64,000 nucleotides of DNA from assembly GCA_965644295.1 (NCBI GenBank), contig CBFFRP010000335.1, positions 124,001-188,000 on the forward strand. Direction: 5' to 3'. The translations under genes were made by a program, and so were the position numbers. Positions 25,957 through 39,714 of this stretch are shown here, in pieces; the first letter of the stretch is position 1, and the number at the start of each line of letters is the position of its first letter. Under the pieces are notes generated by a model. The model saw nothing but the letters and a program-made list of their open reading frames with translations, did not search any database and was not told where the DNA came from. The DNA comes from Paraphysomonas bandaiensis. Taxonomy: Eukaryota; Protista; Chrysophyceae.

Positions 25957-27954
25957 CTAATAAGGGCTTCGTTTGTTGACGATATGAACACATGTATTCT
26001 CACCACTGGACACAAATACGTATTCGTTTCTGTCATCTCGTACTTCGGATTTGATGAAAACTTTGACCAAATTGTCATGAATGTCAACCGAGCTGTCTAG
26101 TAATGCAGCATCGGCGCCAAATATGGACACCATAACCCCATCAGGGTAGTGAATTTCCGTATTGACATACACCTCCGTGGGTGTATTAATACCAGTGTCC
26201 AACACAAAGCACAGTTCAAATGACGCATCTGTTGTATCAAAACGCATTCGTGTTGGAGTACCCGCAACAGCCTACGCATAAATCGCATTCCCACAGTCAA
26301 ACAAGTAAAAAACACTCTTATTCATTATCATAGCAACAAACAGCATCGACCTGTGCATATGTTCGAGAGAAAACAGCAACCGCTTCGTCGGTAGCATCGA
26401 AACCAGAGCCTTCTAGGTGCTCCCCCCAGTACCAGTCTATCCATGAAGTGAGATGAGAGTCGGCCAGGTCCATAACCGCATTGCATTCCAAGGACCCCTG
26501 AGAAAACGTATTATATTTTGTAGCTTACACTATAATAAGCAATGAGACGTCTCTGCATGACGTACCTCAGGCGTGGTAGGGTCGCACCCCTGCCCCCATT
26601 CCGTCAACATATACGACCCTCCCAGTTGACTAACGTCTTCTCTGCATTGATCAAAAACCTGATTTTATCGAATGCTAAGCAGCTGAATACTTTATAGGTG
26701 TAATATACCTTCGGGCCAAACATGGCATCACAAGTCACACGATCGAATGCTCCAGTCGAATCGTACCACCAGCAGTAGTAATGGAAAGATAATACAGACT
26801 TCCTGGTGTATGTATCACCGCCAGGAACATGAGAGAACCCACTGCCCGATACGGTCCCATTAAAAATCATTCCCCAGGTAACTGGTTCATAAAATATGAG
26901 ATGCGCTTCATCAACTGAGCGGATCGCGGATGAGATGGTGTCGTACATAGGTTGTAGATTTATCGACCCTGCAACTCCTATGTATCATGTACCATTATTG
27001 AAATGGAAAGAGACGGGTCGTCATTAAAAAATAAAGGCAACCTCATACCAGGAAGCAACAAGCTAGGGTTTGAGTAAATATTTCCTGCCCAAGGTTCATT
27101 TATAATTTCATAGCCTAAAAGATCCTTTCCTTTAAAAGTATCCGCTACCTAGAGCGAATAGTCTTGATTAGTCACGCACATAAAAATCTACGGATACCTT
27201 CCTCCAAAACGCGGCAAAGTGATCCATCATTCCTAAATATATGATAATATTATCAACTAGCACAAAATGGAATGCAATAAACAAAGCTACCGTTATTGTT
27301 GTCGTATATATCTTGAAATGCTGCACCAGTAGCTTCCGCGAGGTAGTTTGAGCCCCAAGGCCTATCTGAGCAGGTACCTGGTAACGGCCATGGAAACTCA
27401 TGCTGAAAATGATTAGAATTAGGCATGGTAAAGAAGATGATACACGATACAGGTACTTCTATTCTAGTTACCTCAGATGATGTCGACATATCCACCAGCC
27501 ACGTGGGTGCGCCATCATATTCACAGAAATACGATGACAACACGTCCTGATGAACATCAATCAAGACATGCACACCGTGAGATTGTAGATTGTCAATTAT
27601 TCCTGTCACAATATCTAGATATGTTTCGTTGTATTCTCCCTTGTTGGGCTCAGTGCCCGTCCACATAACTCCAAGACGAAGAGCGTTCAAGCCCCATTTT
27701 TGGAGGTCTTTAATGTTGTCAGTATCCAACAATACATCAGAGTACCTATCATACATAAGAACATCGGATATGTGTACGTCTATTCACACTACTCACCACG
27801 GAAAACTCTTGTGAACCATATTAACACCATGAAAGAATCTGACACGATTGGAGTCATCACGAATAAAAGCATCATCAGCAGATGATGAGAACTCAGCGCG
27901 CAGTGCGCTCAGAGAATTAAACAGCACCACCGCGTATAGGAGAACACGGAGCAT
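25957..27954 (-). CDS. GH5 endoglycoceramidase-like glycoside hydrolase, multi-exon, with signal peptide
   Basis: MLRVLLYAVVLFNSLSALRA..., RFFHGVNMVHKSFPW, WGLNALRLGVMWTGTEP, LIDVHQD, acid/base YEIINEPW, FYEPVTWG, LSFHYYCW, nucleophile MLTEWG, and a C-terminal beta-sandwich (YAVAGTP...FELCF...PTEVYV...YPDG) typical of EGCases. Confidence 0.88.
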
Positions 27955-28265
27955 GCTAGACTATACCATGAAGCAAGGAGGGGATGAGATGTCTGGATAT
28001 GGTGATGCTTTAATTGTTCGATCTCTTCCAAAATACCCAAATACGTTAAAAACTGCCCCTTTGCCCATTTTTATACAGAACTCCCATGAAAATCCTTGAA
28101 AACTTTAAAAATCCCATAGATTGACATACATGTACATGTAGAGTATTGGATACAGATACACACGAAGAAATCCGGAACTGCGGCAGCTACAGTACAGCCA
28201 TGTGCCCGATACAGTCAGCCGAAGAAACATTTCTCACCTCGGGCGATATGTAACTATTAGCTGCC

Positions 28266-30563
28266 ATGATCTTGTGGTTGAGGTTGTTTATATGGACAGT
28301 GTTGTTATCTGTGTCTGCAGAGGAGTGCGAGTATGAACGGTCTATCAAAGCTGTTAGTTGCAGAGGGTTCGCTCGTGTTCACGGGAAACTAAAACTCGAT
28401 GGAGTACAGTTAGTGGGCAGTTCAGGAGCACCAGTGCAGCTCAGAGGCGTTAGTTCTCACGGCTTGCAAGTAAGTGTAATGCATATGTACGAATGAGCCG
28501 TGCTGTTCGCTCCGTGTTCTACTCTGTTCGATGAAGATGACTGTAATATCTTATCGTGCAGTGGTTTGGTGAATGTGTCACGCTGGAATCTATAACATAC
28601 TTGGTTGAAAACTGGGGTATTAACGTATTCAGGGCTGTTGTTTACATTGATGCTGACAAAGGAGGCTATTTATCAGATCCCGAATATTTCAATGAATTCG
28701 TTTCAAATATCGTCCATTGGTGTGAGCAGCTTGGTATATATGTTATTATAGACTGGCACGTGTTGTCTCAAGGAGACCCTAATACTTATCTGAGTTCACC
28801 AGGTGAAAATGCTGGCCCTGCAATTGATTTCTGGAAGTACATTGCCAATACATATAAGAATCACACGAATGTCATCTATGAGATAGCGAATGAGCCCAAC
28901 AATGTACAGTGGAGCAGAGTGTTGATGTATCACAACGCCGTCATACAAGAGATACGAAGTATTGATTCTGAAACAATTATCATTGCGGGCACCACGACAT
29001 GGTAAGGAGTGTTGTGGAGTACTTGTTTGAAATAACTTCCCTTATATCCGCTCCTTTTGTCAATACAGGTCCCAGGACATCCATTTAGCGGCTGATACTC
29101 CAGTTTCTATGCCTTATCACGTCATGTACACATTTCACTTTTATGCGGCGACTCATAGCAGCTTGATTCCTAGAGTTTCTGAGTATATAACACGAGTACC
29201 ACTTTTTGTATCTGAGTTCAGCTTGTCCACGGCCTCTGGAGATGGATCGTACGATGGGCCAACCACGACAGAATTTTTAAATTTGTTTGCTGGACTTTCA
29301 CAGAACACATCTATTGCGGGGTCTGATCCAGTTTATGTGTCCTTCACTCTGTGGAGTTATTGTGACAAATCAGAAACGTCTGCTGTGTTAAACCCAACAT
29401 CGTGTAACAATTCTGCGTGGGGAGAAACGTCATGCGTAGGCACTTATCACTCAAACTACTTTCGCGAAGAAAAATTTGAGCAAAATGAGTTGAGATGCGA
29501 GTTCACATTAGCCACGGCCCCGAGCAATATACCTACCACTATACCTACAGCTGTGCCTAGCACGCCAACACTTGATCCTACAATGACACCTACATCGCCC
29601 ACAACCCATCCATCGTTTCTTCCATCCCGTTGCCCAGTAACGGAGCCAACTGGAATTCCAAGCACAGTCCCCTCACTGATGCCTTCAGGTGGACCGTCAG
29701 AGCACCCAACTCCCGTACCAAGCTTGATACCTACTCCGTTGCCGACGAAAATACCCAGCCGTGAACCAACACAGATGCCTACAAGTACATCAGAGACCCC
29801 GACCTGCTTACCATCTGGCTGCCCTGTTCGTAGTCTCACGAGTCGTCCCACTGCAGACGATACCGTTACCCCTACGTGGATTCCAACAATTACGCCAACC
29901 CCATTATCTACCAAACCCACACAGATACCTACGACCGTATCACTTTCCCCTACCTACGTTCCGTTTGGCCGCCCTGTTTGTGTTACCACGAGCCAGCCCA
30001 CCGTTATACCGACGTTGTCGTCATCTACATCTACTCCGAGTACGTTTTATTCATATGTACCCACTGACTTCCCAGCACGTACTACTCCTACATTGGTTCC
30101 TACTTCTCCGAATGGATTGAAATCTTCTCAAACGATACGAGCAGAAGCTAGGCAAATATTCAGTGGCCACATTTTGTACGTCATGGTGAGTGTATTTGTG
30201 GTACTCGCTGTAGGATTGGGAATTTTAGCGAGGTATGTTTACGGGAAAAGTGTAGACGACCGAGTTAAATATTTGAATCCGCATGATGGAATGAACTATA
30301 TCGAAACCTGTGGTGAAGATGCACTTGACAGGAATGGTTTTCAGCCAAAGGGTCATACATGGCTTGGTACCATAACCGCCTTCATTTTTAGAAAGAAAGG
30401 GATGGATAGCATCCCGGTGCGGAATGAAGATGACGGAGATGCTAGAACTTGTGCGGATGCAGAGAAAATGTCTGTTGCTATTAAAATGGATGTAGTACAG
30501 ATGGAGCCGCAACACCCGCTGTCGCATTGTAATCATGATTCTGACGCAGGGACTAGACTATAG
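28266..30563 (+). CDS. GH5 (subfamily 2-like) endoglucanase with Pro/Thr stalk, single TM helix and cytoplasmic tail; 3 exons
   Basis: Signal peptide; PVQLRGVSSHGLQ|WF, WGINVFRA, GIYVIIDWH, VIYEIANEP (acid/base), MYTFHFYA, PLFVSEF (nucleophile); introns 28470-28561 and 29002-29068; PT repeats ~29510-30110; TM ILYVMVSVFVVLAVGLGILARYVY. Confidence 0.9.
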
Positions 30564-31989
30564 CGTGATGAATACGCTTTCATATATTGGTCTGTTGTTT
30601 GTATGCCGCTAACATACAGTTATGGCTGACCTATATGTTTCTTTCTTGTAGACCTTGCTAAAGCGTTTTACTATTTTATAGTAATTATTAGAAACTTTAT
30701 ACTGCACTGATTAACCACGCGTCATTGGTCTGGGTACTAAGTTATCTCAAAGATACGTTGCAAACATCCTCTGTGCAAGTCATAGGCTGTGTAGCTGAAG
30801 ATGGTGATGAGTATTGAATTATTGGATTAGTGTTCATAGTCACTAATATTATCACCGACTAAGATATTATAGTATTCTACCGTAGCAAGCTATTTGTGGT
30901 GTTGATAGGCACAAGAAACCGATATACAAGAGTTCTCATCAATAGAGCAGGTCAGAGGAGTCACTGTAGTTAAAGGTATAGTTATTCTAGACGGTCTACG
31001 TATATATATGTAGCTACAATACACTACTGTATATTTAATAGCAGGAGCTGCCTTTTACCTTCACACCATCTCTGAAAACAATGAAGCATCTTTTCTAGCG
31101 ATGTATTTGTGAGATTAATTGGAGTTTACCAACAGAAATACTTCGAAGTCCTATAGTAATAAATAAAACTCAAAAATACATCACTTTACCTACCCAAGAT
31201 TCTACGGTCCATAAAAACGCTGTAAGCAAGCCCAAATATTGCACAGTGATATGTGTATATGTATAATGTTTTACATATTGCAATAGTAATACAAGTTGGA
31301 CCAAAGCAATATCAATTACTCCGAAAGGTACTGCAAGATTAGAGTGTACACAACAATCAAGTCAAGTTTCAGATTCCTCTCATACAATAATTAACGGGCC
31401 AAAGTTAGATAACGGAGTTTGATATTTCCACCAACTGTTAGCTTTAAAACTAATCTGAGTGGCTACTTTACTTCAATGGATTCTCTGCAAACAAACACAA
31501 TATAGCTATGATACATATCAGATTCGGTCTGATATCCTATTGAACTCTACCAGTACCAGCATAGGATTCAACATCTAGACATGACCGTCTCTCTCGGCTC
31601 TCTTGTGCGTGTTGTGTTGGATATACCGGTATACTCGTAGCTGATTGGCTGTTCTGCCACATCCAATCATGTGCGTAGAATAGTATCTCATTCGATATGT
31701 AGGGGCGACTTAAAATACGCTAACTACAGTTGTATTGTCGCATCACTGCGTGGAAGGGAGGCGTGCAGTTGGAGTTGTCGGCACATGTACAGAATACATA
31801 CACATACATACATACACATCGTACATACACGACATCCATGTATATATATACAAACCAATAGTGTCATATCGGTCACTGTGGTGTGAGTGTTCCACTGCAT
31901 CATTGAGATCACGAAAAGCGACTGCTCATCACAAAATTCTGTTTGTAAGGTAGTATCAGGCGGTGTGTGTATCATCCTCCTCTATTAAC

Positions 31990-32585
31990 ATGAGCAAGAT
32001 GCTTGCATATCGGTCAAAGTTATTGCTGGGTGACTCGCGTGTGTTTGTCCGTAATTTCCAGTCAACAGCTTTATTGTGCAGTGGTGGAGGTGGTGGCAGA
32101 CCTGGTGGCAAGCCAGGTGATCATCGTTATCGTCATATTGTTTGTGGTATTGCTCATAGTGTGTTCTTATGACAGTTCTCAACTGGAAAATGAAGAGAGC
32201 CCTCGACGCGGGTTATAATAATGAGGAAGGAAGTAATGAAGAAGTGAAGTTAAAGTTGTCAGGCGACTTTGAAGATCTTGAGAAATTGTTCGATATGTCA
32301 GAAGCCTTAGAAGTGGACCTGACTAATATGGATAATTTCGATGAGTTAAAAGATAGTCCTTGGGCAGACATGGATATTCCTATGGAAGAGAATGAACTTT
32401 TCGTCAGTCCCAAGGGTAGCAAGAAGAAAACTCATGATAGGGGTCCCCGTTCTCATATCGTAACCCCTCTATTGTTTGGCTCTAACAAGGCCGCTCATAA
32501 AATCTTACGAGTGCGTGAGTATAAGAGGGAGCGCCTAATCGAGAAGGGTTTGAAGAAGCGAGCGAAGAATCTTATCGCTGCATAG
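31990..32585 (+). CDS. Hypothetical protein with predicted mitochondrial targeting peptide (2 exons)
   Basis: MSKMLAYRSKLLLGDSRVFVRNFQSTALLC resembles a presequence. Intron 32117-32175 joins to VLNWKMKR..., followed by an acidic middle and a basic C-terminus. Confidence 0.6.
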
Positions 32586-33746
32586 GGTAGGTAATTGGGG
32601 CTGTAATTCACTTAATAAGTAGATGAAGTTCAAACGAATACTGGAAATCTCTCGTACACACATGACCATTAACAATGACAAGAGACTATGACTGTGTATT
32701 CGTTTTTAAAAATATGAAAAGCTTGCTCTATTAAAACCTTGTCCGAATTCGATTCCTTTCTGAGTTCTTAAGGGGGAGGGGACAGTGACCAATTTTATTG
32801 TACAATACTTAGTTACGTATTTACTCAATATTACGCTTTACAACTCTACGGTTACGACAAACACCACTCATACTTTCACTATATACCACACACATTATAC
32901 GATGTTGACACCGTATTATTCAAATATATTAAGCTCCACCAGTCGCATAGTCATATTTACAACTTGTATTACTATTGCAATATGTAAAACATTATACGTA
33001 TATACATATCATTGTGCAATATTTGGGCTTGCTTGATCGCCATTAATTTAGTGATAAATAAAGTGCTACCTGACACACACATTATGTCGTAGTGTATGTG
33101 TGCCAGTGCAGTTTTCAATCAGTTGGTGATATTCAAAGGCGCATGTAACTTTCTTACGCCGCCAAATTTTTGGTGAAACTATTCTAGTTGGTACAATATT
33201 GGTATTTAATTTTGAATACTAAGTACTACAACTAAATGCCTGTAACCTACTTGCACATCTAAATTTCGGTAATAAATAATAACTGAAAACAGAAAAACAT
33301 ACTTACTTATGACATTGTGACCGAAGCACATACATTAATACAGGTGATAGATTTGTGTCCACATCACACTCGAGTATTACCAAATACATACAGTGAAATG
33401 ACTCATGATACTAATGGCCCATTGTCGAAATTCACTGAATTTATAGTCAATTCCGAAATATTAATACATATCAACGAATACTGTTCCAAACCGTTAATAC
33501 ACCACCCATCAATTCAGATAAGGCAAAATACATGTAAGAACAGGTAATATATATCACCACAACATACACATAGACTCACAACTTACAGCAACAAATTATA
33601 CATTGTCACACAAATAAAACATTGTCACACATCCGTGTCATGTTCCACAGTGCTCCCGCGAGAATGCTTGTGCTGATGCATATATTCAAGCATACAGGTC
33701 ATGTTATTTACACAAAGTAGTACACATGGGGCGATATGGTGCTCAT

Positions 33747-35706
33747 TCATCCGTCACGCTCCACATAGAACGATTGATTGCGGCGACGGGGTCTTGGTTT
33801 CGTTCTAAGGAGTAGAACGTCTTCTCGGTCTGAGCAGTCATTGCCCATATCAGCACTACTCCTGGGTATGCCATCAGAATCTTTTTGATGACTACACGAG
33901 GCGTCATGATTTTCAAATGAGTCAGGTTCGTACAAATGAACATGCGACCCCTCTTCACAAAGAGGCTTTAAATCTTCGGCAGTAGCCCCTGTGGCACTCA
34001 TATAATCCTCTTCAGAAAGTGCATACGTTCCACTCAAGGATCGAGTCGTTAAGGTAGGATTCTGTTCAAGTGCATGGATGCGTTGTCGTCGACGACAAGC
34101 TACACCTCGCGATTGAACACGATGTCGAGGGGGTAGCGCAGTACGACTATTGGATGCACTCGCATTTTCGGATAGTGAACGCACGCGGAACATATTCATT
34201 CGGTCGTTCACAGGCATATGTTCCAGTACCTCCGACTCATCAATAACATGTATCTGAGAGCTAGGTCGGGATCCAAAGTGCGTTAACACAGAGAGTGCCC
34301 TCATCACACGACGCTCTATAGTACTTTTCTTCCAAATAGAGTCACTACTTGGTGATATGTCGTCATGGGAATCAGTACTATTTGATGTGGCAAAGTCACT
34401 AGTATACCCACAGTCTACCTGGTTATCCTCTGACTCCCCTTTAGTCATCTCAGTATCAGTTTCGTCATCATTCTCAACAGTTTTAGGGAGAGACGACTCT
34501 CTCACCGATGTATGAGAAACTAGATCACCATCCGTGTAAGCACGACGAACAAGAATAGGTTCACTTATAGAACTCCAATCCCCACTGGACTGTGAGGAAG
34601 GGCTCGACGGACAAAGGCAACCGGTATTAGACTCCCGGTCCCGTTCACGTCGACGGCGGTGACGACGCCCTGCCCCTCGCGGAGTGAGAGAAAAGTCAAA
34701 TCCTAGGGAGGCTTCTTTGGACTTAGCTGCCAGAATTAGCTGTTTAATGGCTTCGTCTTGGCTAAAATATTCCTTCCGTGAAATTTCAATGTCGAATGAA
34801 AACAACAAAAGCAGCTGCATTTCCAGTGCATTGACGGTTCTCACGTCATATTCAAATATGGAAGCGAAACTAGCATTATTCATTGCGAAGTCATCCCAGA
34901 CTTTGGATGCCAGTAGCATGCATGTGAACATAACGTATTTCCAATTCAACATACATATGCGGAATTCACGGTTAGTAATCCTCGGAATACGTTCCATATA
35001 GATGAGCGCCACAACCATACATTCGTACTCCATCTGCGTGTCGTGATGAATAGTCGAAAACATTGACTTTACAGATTCCAGTGAGTATTCCTACATTCAA
35101 TTGAGACAATGTCAGACGAAGTGCTGAAACAGCATTCACAATGCAGTCCTAACATACTCTATGTCCTCAGTAATTAGGACTGAAAATATTCACAACACGG
35201 CTCGTTGAAAAACGCATTGATAGAAATATAGAGACAAATACAAAGTGAAAAACGTGATATACTGTCATACCGATGGGTTTAACGGAATATTTTTTTGGTT
35301 AAATGCTTCATATTCCGCCGGGGGAAAATAGTCGAGTTTCTCAGATTCTTGAATGTGAACCACAATATTCGCCGAAATACACTTGATTACATCCTCTTCA
35401 ACAGTTGAAAAGTTTTCCTTGGAATTACGACGGCTAAACCGTTTCTTCCCGTCGGGCACTAAGGGTGAGCTATCCGGAGACCAGTCCTGATGCCCCTCAG
35501 GGGTCTGTACGTTATGGCAGGTGTCCTCATCAGCGTGAGAGCTCGATGAATTAGATATGACATGGTCACCCGCTGACACTCCAGATCGTGTTTTTAATGC
35601 GGACCGAAGATAGTCTGTGAGACAGTCAGAGAGAGTGTGTGAGTATGTATATGTATGTGTTACCCGATAGGTCGAGAGTGGGGCCTGCAGACTCCATACT
35701 CAGCAT
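33747..35706 (-). CDS. Cyclin Y-like cyclin with a long Ser-rich C-terminal tail (multi-exon)
   Basis: Cyclin box ECMVVALIYMER...NWKYVMFTCMLLASKVWDD...VNALEMQLLLLFSF. Upstream exons include 35265-35615 and a first exon MLSMESAGPTLDLS (ATG 35706). Internal splice sites are approximate. Confidence 0.82.
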
Positions 35707-37063
35707 ATCACGGCGGCATGTACTACCTCCCTGTAGACGTGTACAGGGTGTCGCAGGGGTTGAGTTGCTGATAGATATTCACTTGTGTTCGTGTCGAGGG
35801 ATACTGTATGAGGAAAGAACAAGACGGCAGGGAAGACTCCATCACAATAATCTCCAACTGTATGTATACGTATATGCATGTACAGCATACAGAGTACATG
35901 TACAATATACGTAACAGTAAGAACATCTATCAGCTGTACTTGTATACCTATACGTACGTACTCTGTGTACATACAGCAGTATATGCATATTGTACTGCTG
36001 CAGTGGTGTATCATACCCAGCCAGCATGTGATTGGCTGATCTCAAGATCTATTGCTGTCTGTGTCGATATCCAGCAATATATCAACAGCCCGACATACAA
36101 TGCAGCAGATGTCGATCAAACATAAAGTTTTACATACCATGTGGGCTAGTGGTTTGCAACAACATGTATGTATAGTTCATATAATAACTGGGCCTGTCTA
36201 AAGAGACCTGATGCACGGCGAGAAAGGCATCGAAATGAACGTACAGAGCCGTATGGAATAAAGAGATGACATACTCTCGAGGTGGAGCCCGATACTACGG
36301 TAGCAAGGTAGCAAGCAATAAAGGCAATAGAATATTATCTATATCGATATAAATTGTGTTGATATTTTTTTAAAGCGGACGTTTCCACTCTCGAGTACGA
36401 TTATTTTATTCCATGTGAAAAGAGAACTTAAATGTCATTTTTAGAAGTTGTTGTCCTTATTGAAGTCTTTACCTCTTGTTGTACTGTCTCCGAATCTTAT
36501 AAAGTGGAAGCCCCATCACAACAATTTAAATAAATGTACTGAAGTTGATCAAGTAGTCATTATAGTCTCTCAACATATGTGTGGAATTCATGGCTGTAGA
36601 ACAGGTGCATGCTGTATCCGTAGTGTTCAAACAGGTGTTGACTCAAACTCAGTCTATTCTATAATAACAAAGATAATCTAAATTTTGGATTAGACTAAAA
36701 CTACATGGGTATTGATCGTTGCAAACGCATATATAACTCGTGTTGTTCACATGCTGACACGTCAACTGCTAACTAATGACATTAAGTATATAACTCGTGC
36801 GTGGAGTTAATGCAAAGGTAAGTGTAGTCTATTCGTACATGACGTATCATATTTTTCAAGGTCGTCACTCTAAACTAGCAGTCCACGAATAAACTGATAA
36901 CCTGGATACAAGTACTAATGCTGACACCAAATTATGATTATAAGAAACAATAGAACAGGTGAAATAAAGAAATGAACCAATAACTCGAACATTACTTAAA
37001 TTCAAAACATTTAACTGGTTACAGAAGAGAAATATGTGGGTAGTAATACAAATACCACCATGT

Positions 37064-38260
37064 TCATCGCTTCTCAAACAGATAATGACTCACAAAGTAT
37101 TCCCCGCCGTCATTGTACGAAAAAAATTCCGAGCAGCTGATAAAAAATGTTCTCCATCGAGCGAACCATTTAATTACATTATTTTTTCCATAGTATTCTG
37201 CAAAAAGTTCTTTGACTTTATTCCGATGTGCGTCCATTCGTTGCAGCCATGCCTCGAGGGTTAATGAATAGTGTTTGCCATTGACAGCCCACTGATCGCG
37301 TAGGACGAAATCCCGTTGAAAATGAAGCAGCAAATCATCACTTGGTAGAGTACCCCCCGCAAAGAAATATTTTGTCATCCAGTCCTTCTCACTGGTAACT
37401 TCATAATGGGAAGGCAGCCATCTACTGACAAATATGTGTACAAACAGTAGCCCAGAGGGTTTCAGCAGTCCTGAAAGTTTATGAAGCAGCTTCTCATAAT
37501 TTTTCATGTGCTCAAACATTTCAATCGATAAAAGTCGGTCAAATGTCCCTAGTAGAGATGAATCAAACTCAGCTGTAGAGATATCGCATGTTAATACTTC
37601 AACATTGTGCAATCCCCGGTGGGAGGCTTCGGTCAATATATATTCTCTCTGAGTTCGCGAGTTACTCAATCCCACGACTGTACATTTCGGAAAAGTTTCA
37701 GCTAACCACAATGTCAAGCATCCCCACCCGCATCCAACATCCATTATTCTTAGAGTAGATTCAGTTTCAATATGTGCTCGTTGGGCATACATCTGCAACA
37801 TGCTAATTTCAGCGTCATTCAGTAACTTCGATGCATCCCCACGTGACACGTTCTCAGGATACAGACAGGAGCTATACTTTTGTCGTTCACCGAGAACAAG
37901 GTTAAAAAAACGTGTATCGACCTCGTAATGTTGTTCATTTGCCTCTGAGGTTTGTTCAGCAATATTACGCGTACGAAGATCTGCGATAAATTCCCTCTTC
38001 ATTGGCAAAGTTTCACCTAAACTAAGCTGAAGCTGGCTCTGCTTATCTTCACCAATCAGATAGCGGCATCCCATACGCGTAATAAAGTCTGGTAACATAC
38101 AGCAATCATGAAGCGCAATGCAGAGTTTGAAAATCAAGCTTTTTCCTGCGTTTGTTAGTACGATACCTCCAATCACGCACGATACGCCAGCTGCACCATA
38201 GAGAACTTCCTTACTATACGAGCAGCCTCTGAAGGAACGAAAACAACAACAATCTGGCAT
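37064..38260 (-). CDS. SAM-dependent methyltransferase, cyclopropane fatty acid synthase / coclaurine N-methyltransferase-like family
   Basis: ANEQHYEV, KYSSCLY, DVGCGWG (SAM motif), SIEMFEHMKNY, WMTKYFFAGGTLPS, GKHYSLTLEAWL, WRTFFISCSEFF. Confidence 0.9.
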   Translation of the reverse strand: MPDCCCFRSFRGCSYSKEVLYGAAGVSCVIGGIVLTNAGKSLIFKLCIALHDCCMLPDFITRMGCRYLIGEDKQSQLQLSLGETLPMKREFIADLRTRNIAEQTSEANEQHYEVDTRFFNLVLGERQKYSSCLYPENVSRGDASKLLNDAEISMLQMYAQRAHIETESTLRIMDVGCGWGCLTLWLAETFPKCTVVGLSNSRTQREYILTEASHRGLHNVEVLTCDISTAEFDSSLLGTFDRLLSIEMFEHMKNYEKLLHKLSGLLKPSGLLFVHIFVSRWLPSHYEVTSEKDWMTKYFFAGGTLPSDDLLLHFQRDFVLRDQWAVNGKHYSLTLEAWLQRMDAHRNKVKELFAEYYGKNNVIKWFARWRTFFISCSEFFSYNDGGEYFVSHYLFEKR

Positions 38261-38764
38261 GTGGAATAGCTTGGGGAGCTGAAGATCGGTGTGTTCCTTG
38301 ATATCGTCTGGACGTATCGCTGCATCTACATGTTCAGAGGATGTGATGCATCGGCGCGTATGATACGACAGCAGTGAGCAGGGAATATCTTGCTAGCTAC
38401 GCACACTGTCCATAATAGAACACATTCCAGAAAAATACATAATAATACGTGAAGTACAGCAGGTATCATCATCAGCAGCAATAGATATCGATATGCGGAC
38501 ACCACACAACAACACAACAACATCCCTCATCTACACCAGCAGCAGCACATCACAATATGCACATATACAGTGCATACATACATACAACAGCGTACAGCCC
38601 AGCCGACCAGTTGATCCACAGCATAGAGCGTACCTGTATACAGAAACAAACACATACATCATCCATACACAAGACACAGCCGTGTATATCAATCCTGCGC
38701 ACTCCTTAACACCAGAGGCCTTCCGTTACCATACTTGTTATATAGGCATAATAATAGAAGGAAT

Positions 38765-39714
38765 ATGAGCCATATCATCAGACGGCTTCAGGGCTGTAGA
38801 GATCTCATGAGACCCATGTCATCGCAGCGCATATTGCGATTAGATAATTTAGTTCCTAATCCTGGGGCATTTAAAGCCCGTAAACGTGTAGGTAGAGGTA
38901 TGGGTGGACGGGGAAAGACTTCTGGTCACGGTCATCAGTGCAGTCGAGTCACTCCGCGTGGTTTTGAGGGGGGTCAAACTCCTCTCTATAAATTAGTGCC
39001 TAAAATCGGATTTACGAATCCCAAGTAAGTACCCATTGCGATTATCGCGCTGTGTTCTGTTTCTAATCGAAGTGCTAATATAGCGCTCGCCGCATGGTTA
39101 TTTTGAATCTTGATAAAGTCCAAGACTTCATTGATATGGGCCGATTAGTTCCAAAGGAGAACCAGCTGCTTACACTGAGAGACTTGTACGTTGCTGGACT
39201 TATCAATAAAGTCGACGATGGTGTGAAACTTCTTTCTAAAGTAAGTTTAGTATACGATACTCTTATCAGAGTGGTGTAAATTTCATTACTTATTGAACTT
39301 ATACCGTATTGTTGGAAACAGGGAAAGTCTAAATTGAAGGCGAAGATTCATTTCGAAGTTTCCATGGCATCGTCTGGCGCTATTAAAGCTGTGGAAGATG
39401 CCGGCGGAACGGTAACATGCGTGCACTTAAACAAGCTCGCGCTTAGAGCTCTAATAAAACCGTATAAATTCGAGTTGCTACCCGGTCGCGCACGTCCGAA
39501 TCCCAAAATCATGCCGTATTACCTGGACAGAACGAAGTGTGGGTACCTCTCTCCTGAGGTTCAAATTCGCAACTTGAAGTTGTTCGGATATGTCACATCT
39601 GAAGAGCTACTTCAAGAAGAACACGCGAACTACATGAAAGCGAAGAGAAAGCTGGGGCTCTTGAGCTTCCAACAACCCCAGAGCGGTTCTGAGCTGCTGG
39701 AAGAGATTGAATAG
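38765..39714 (+). CDS. MRPL15: Mitochondrial ribosomal protein uL15m (3 exons)
   Basis: [76 protein letters not shown]; introns 39025-39083 and 39241-39321. Confidence 0.92.
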
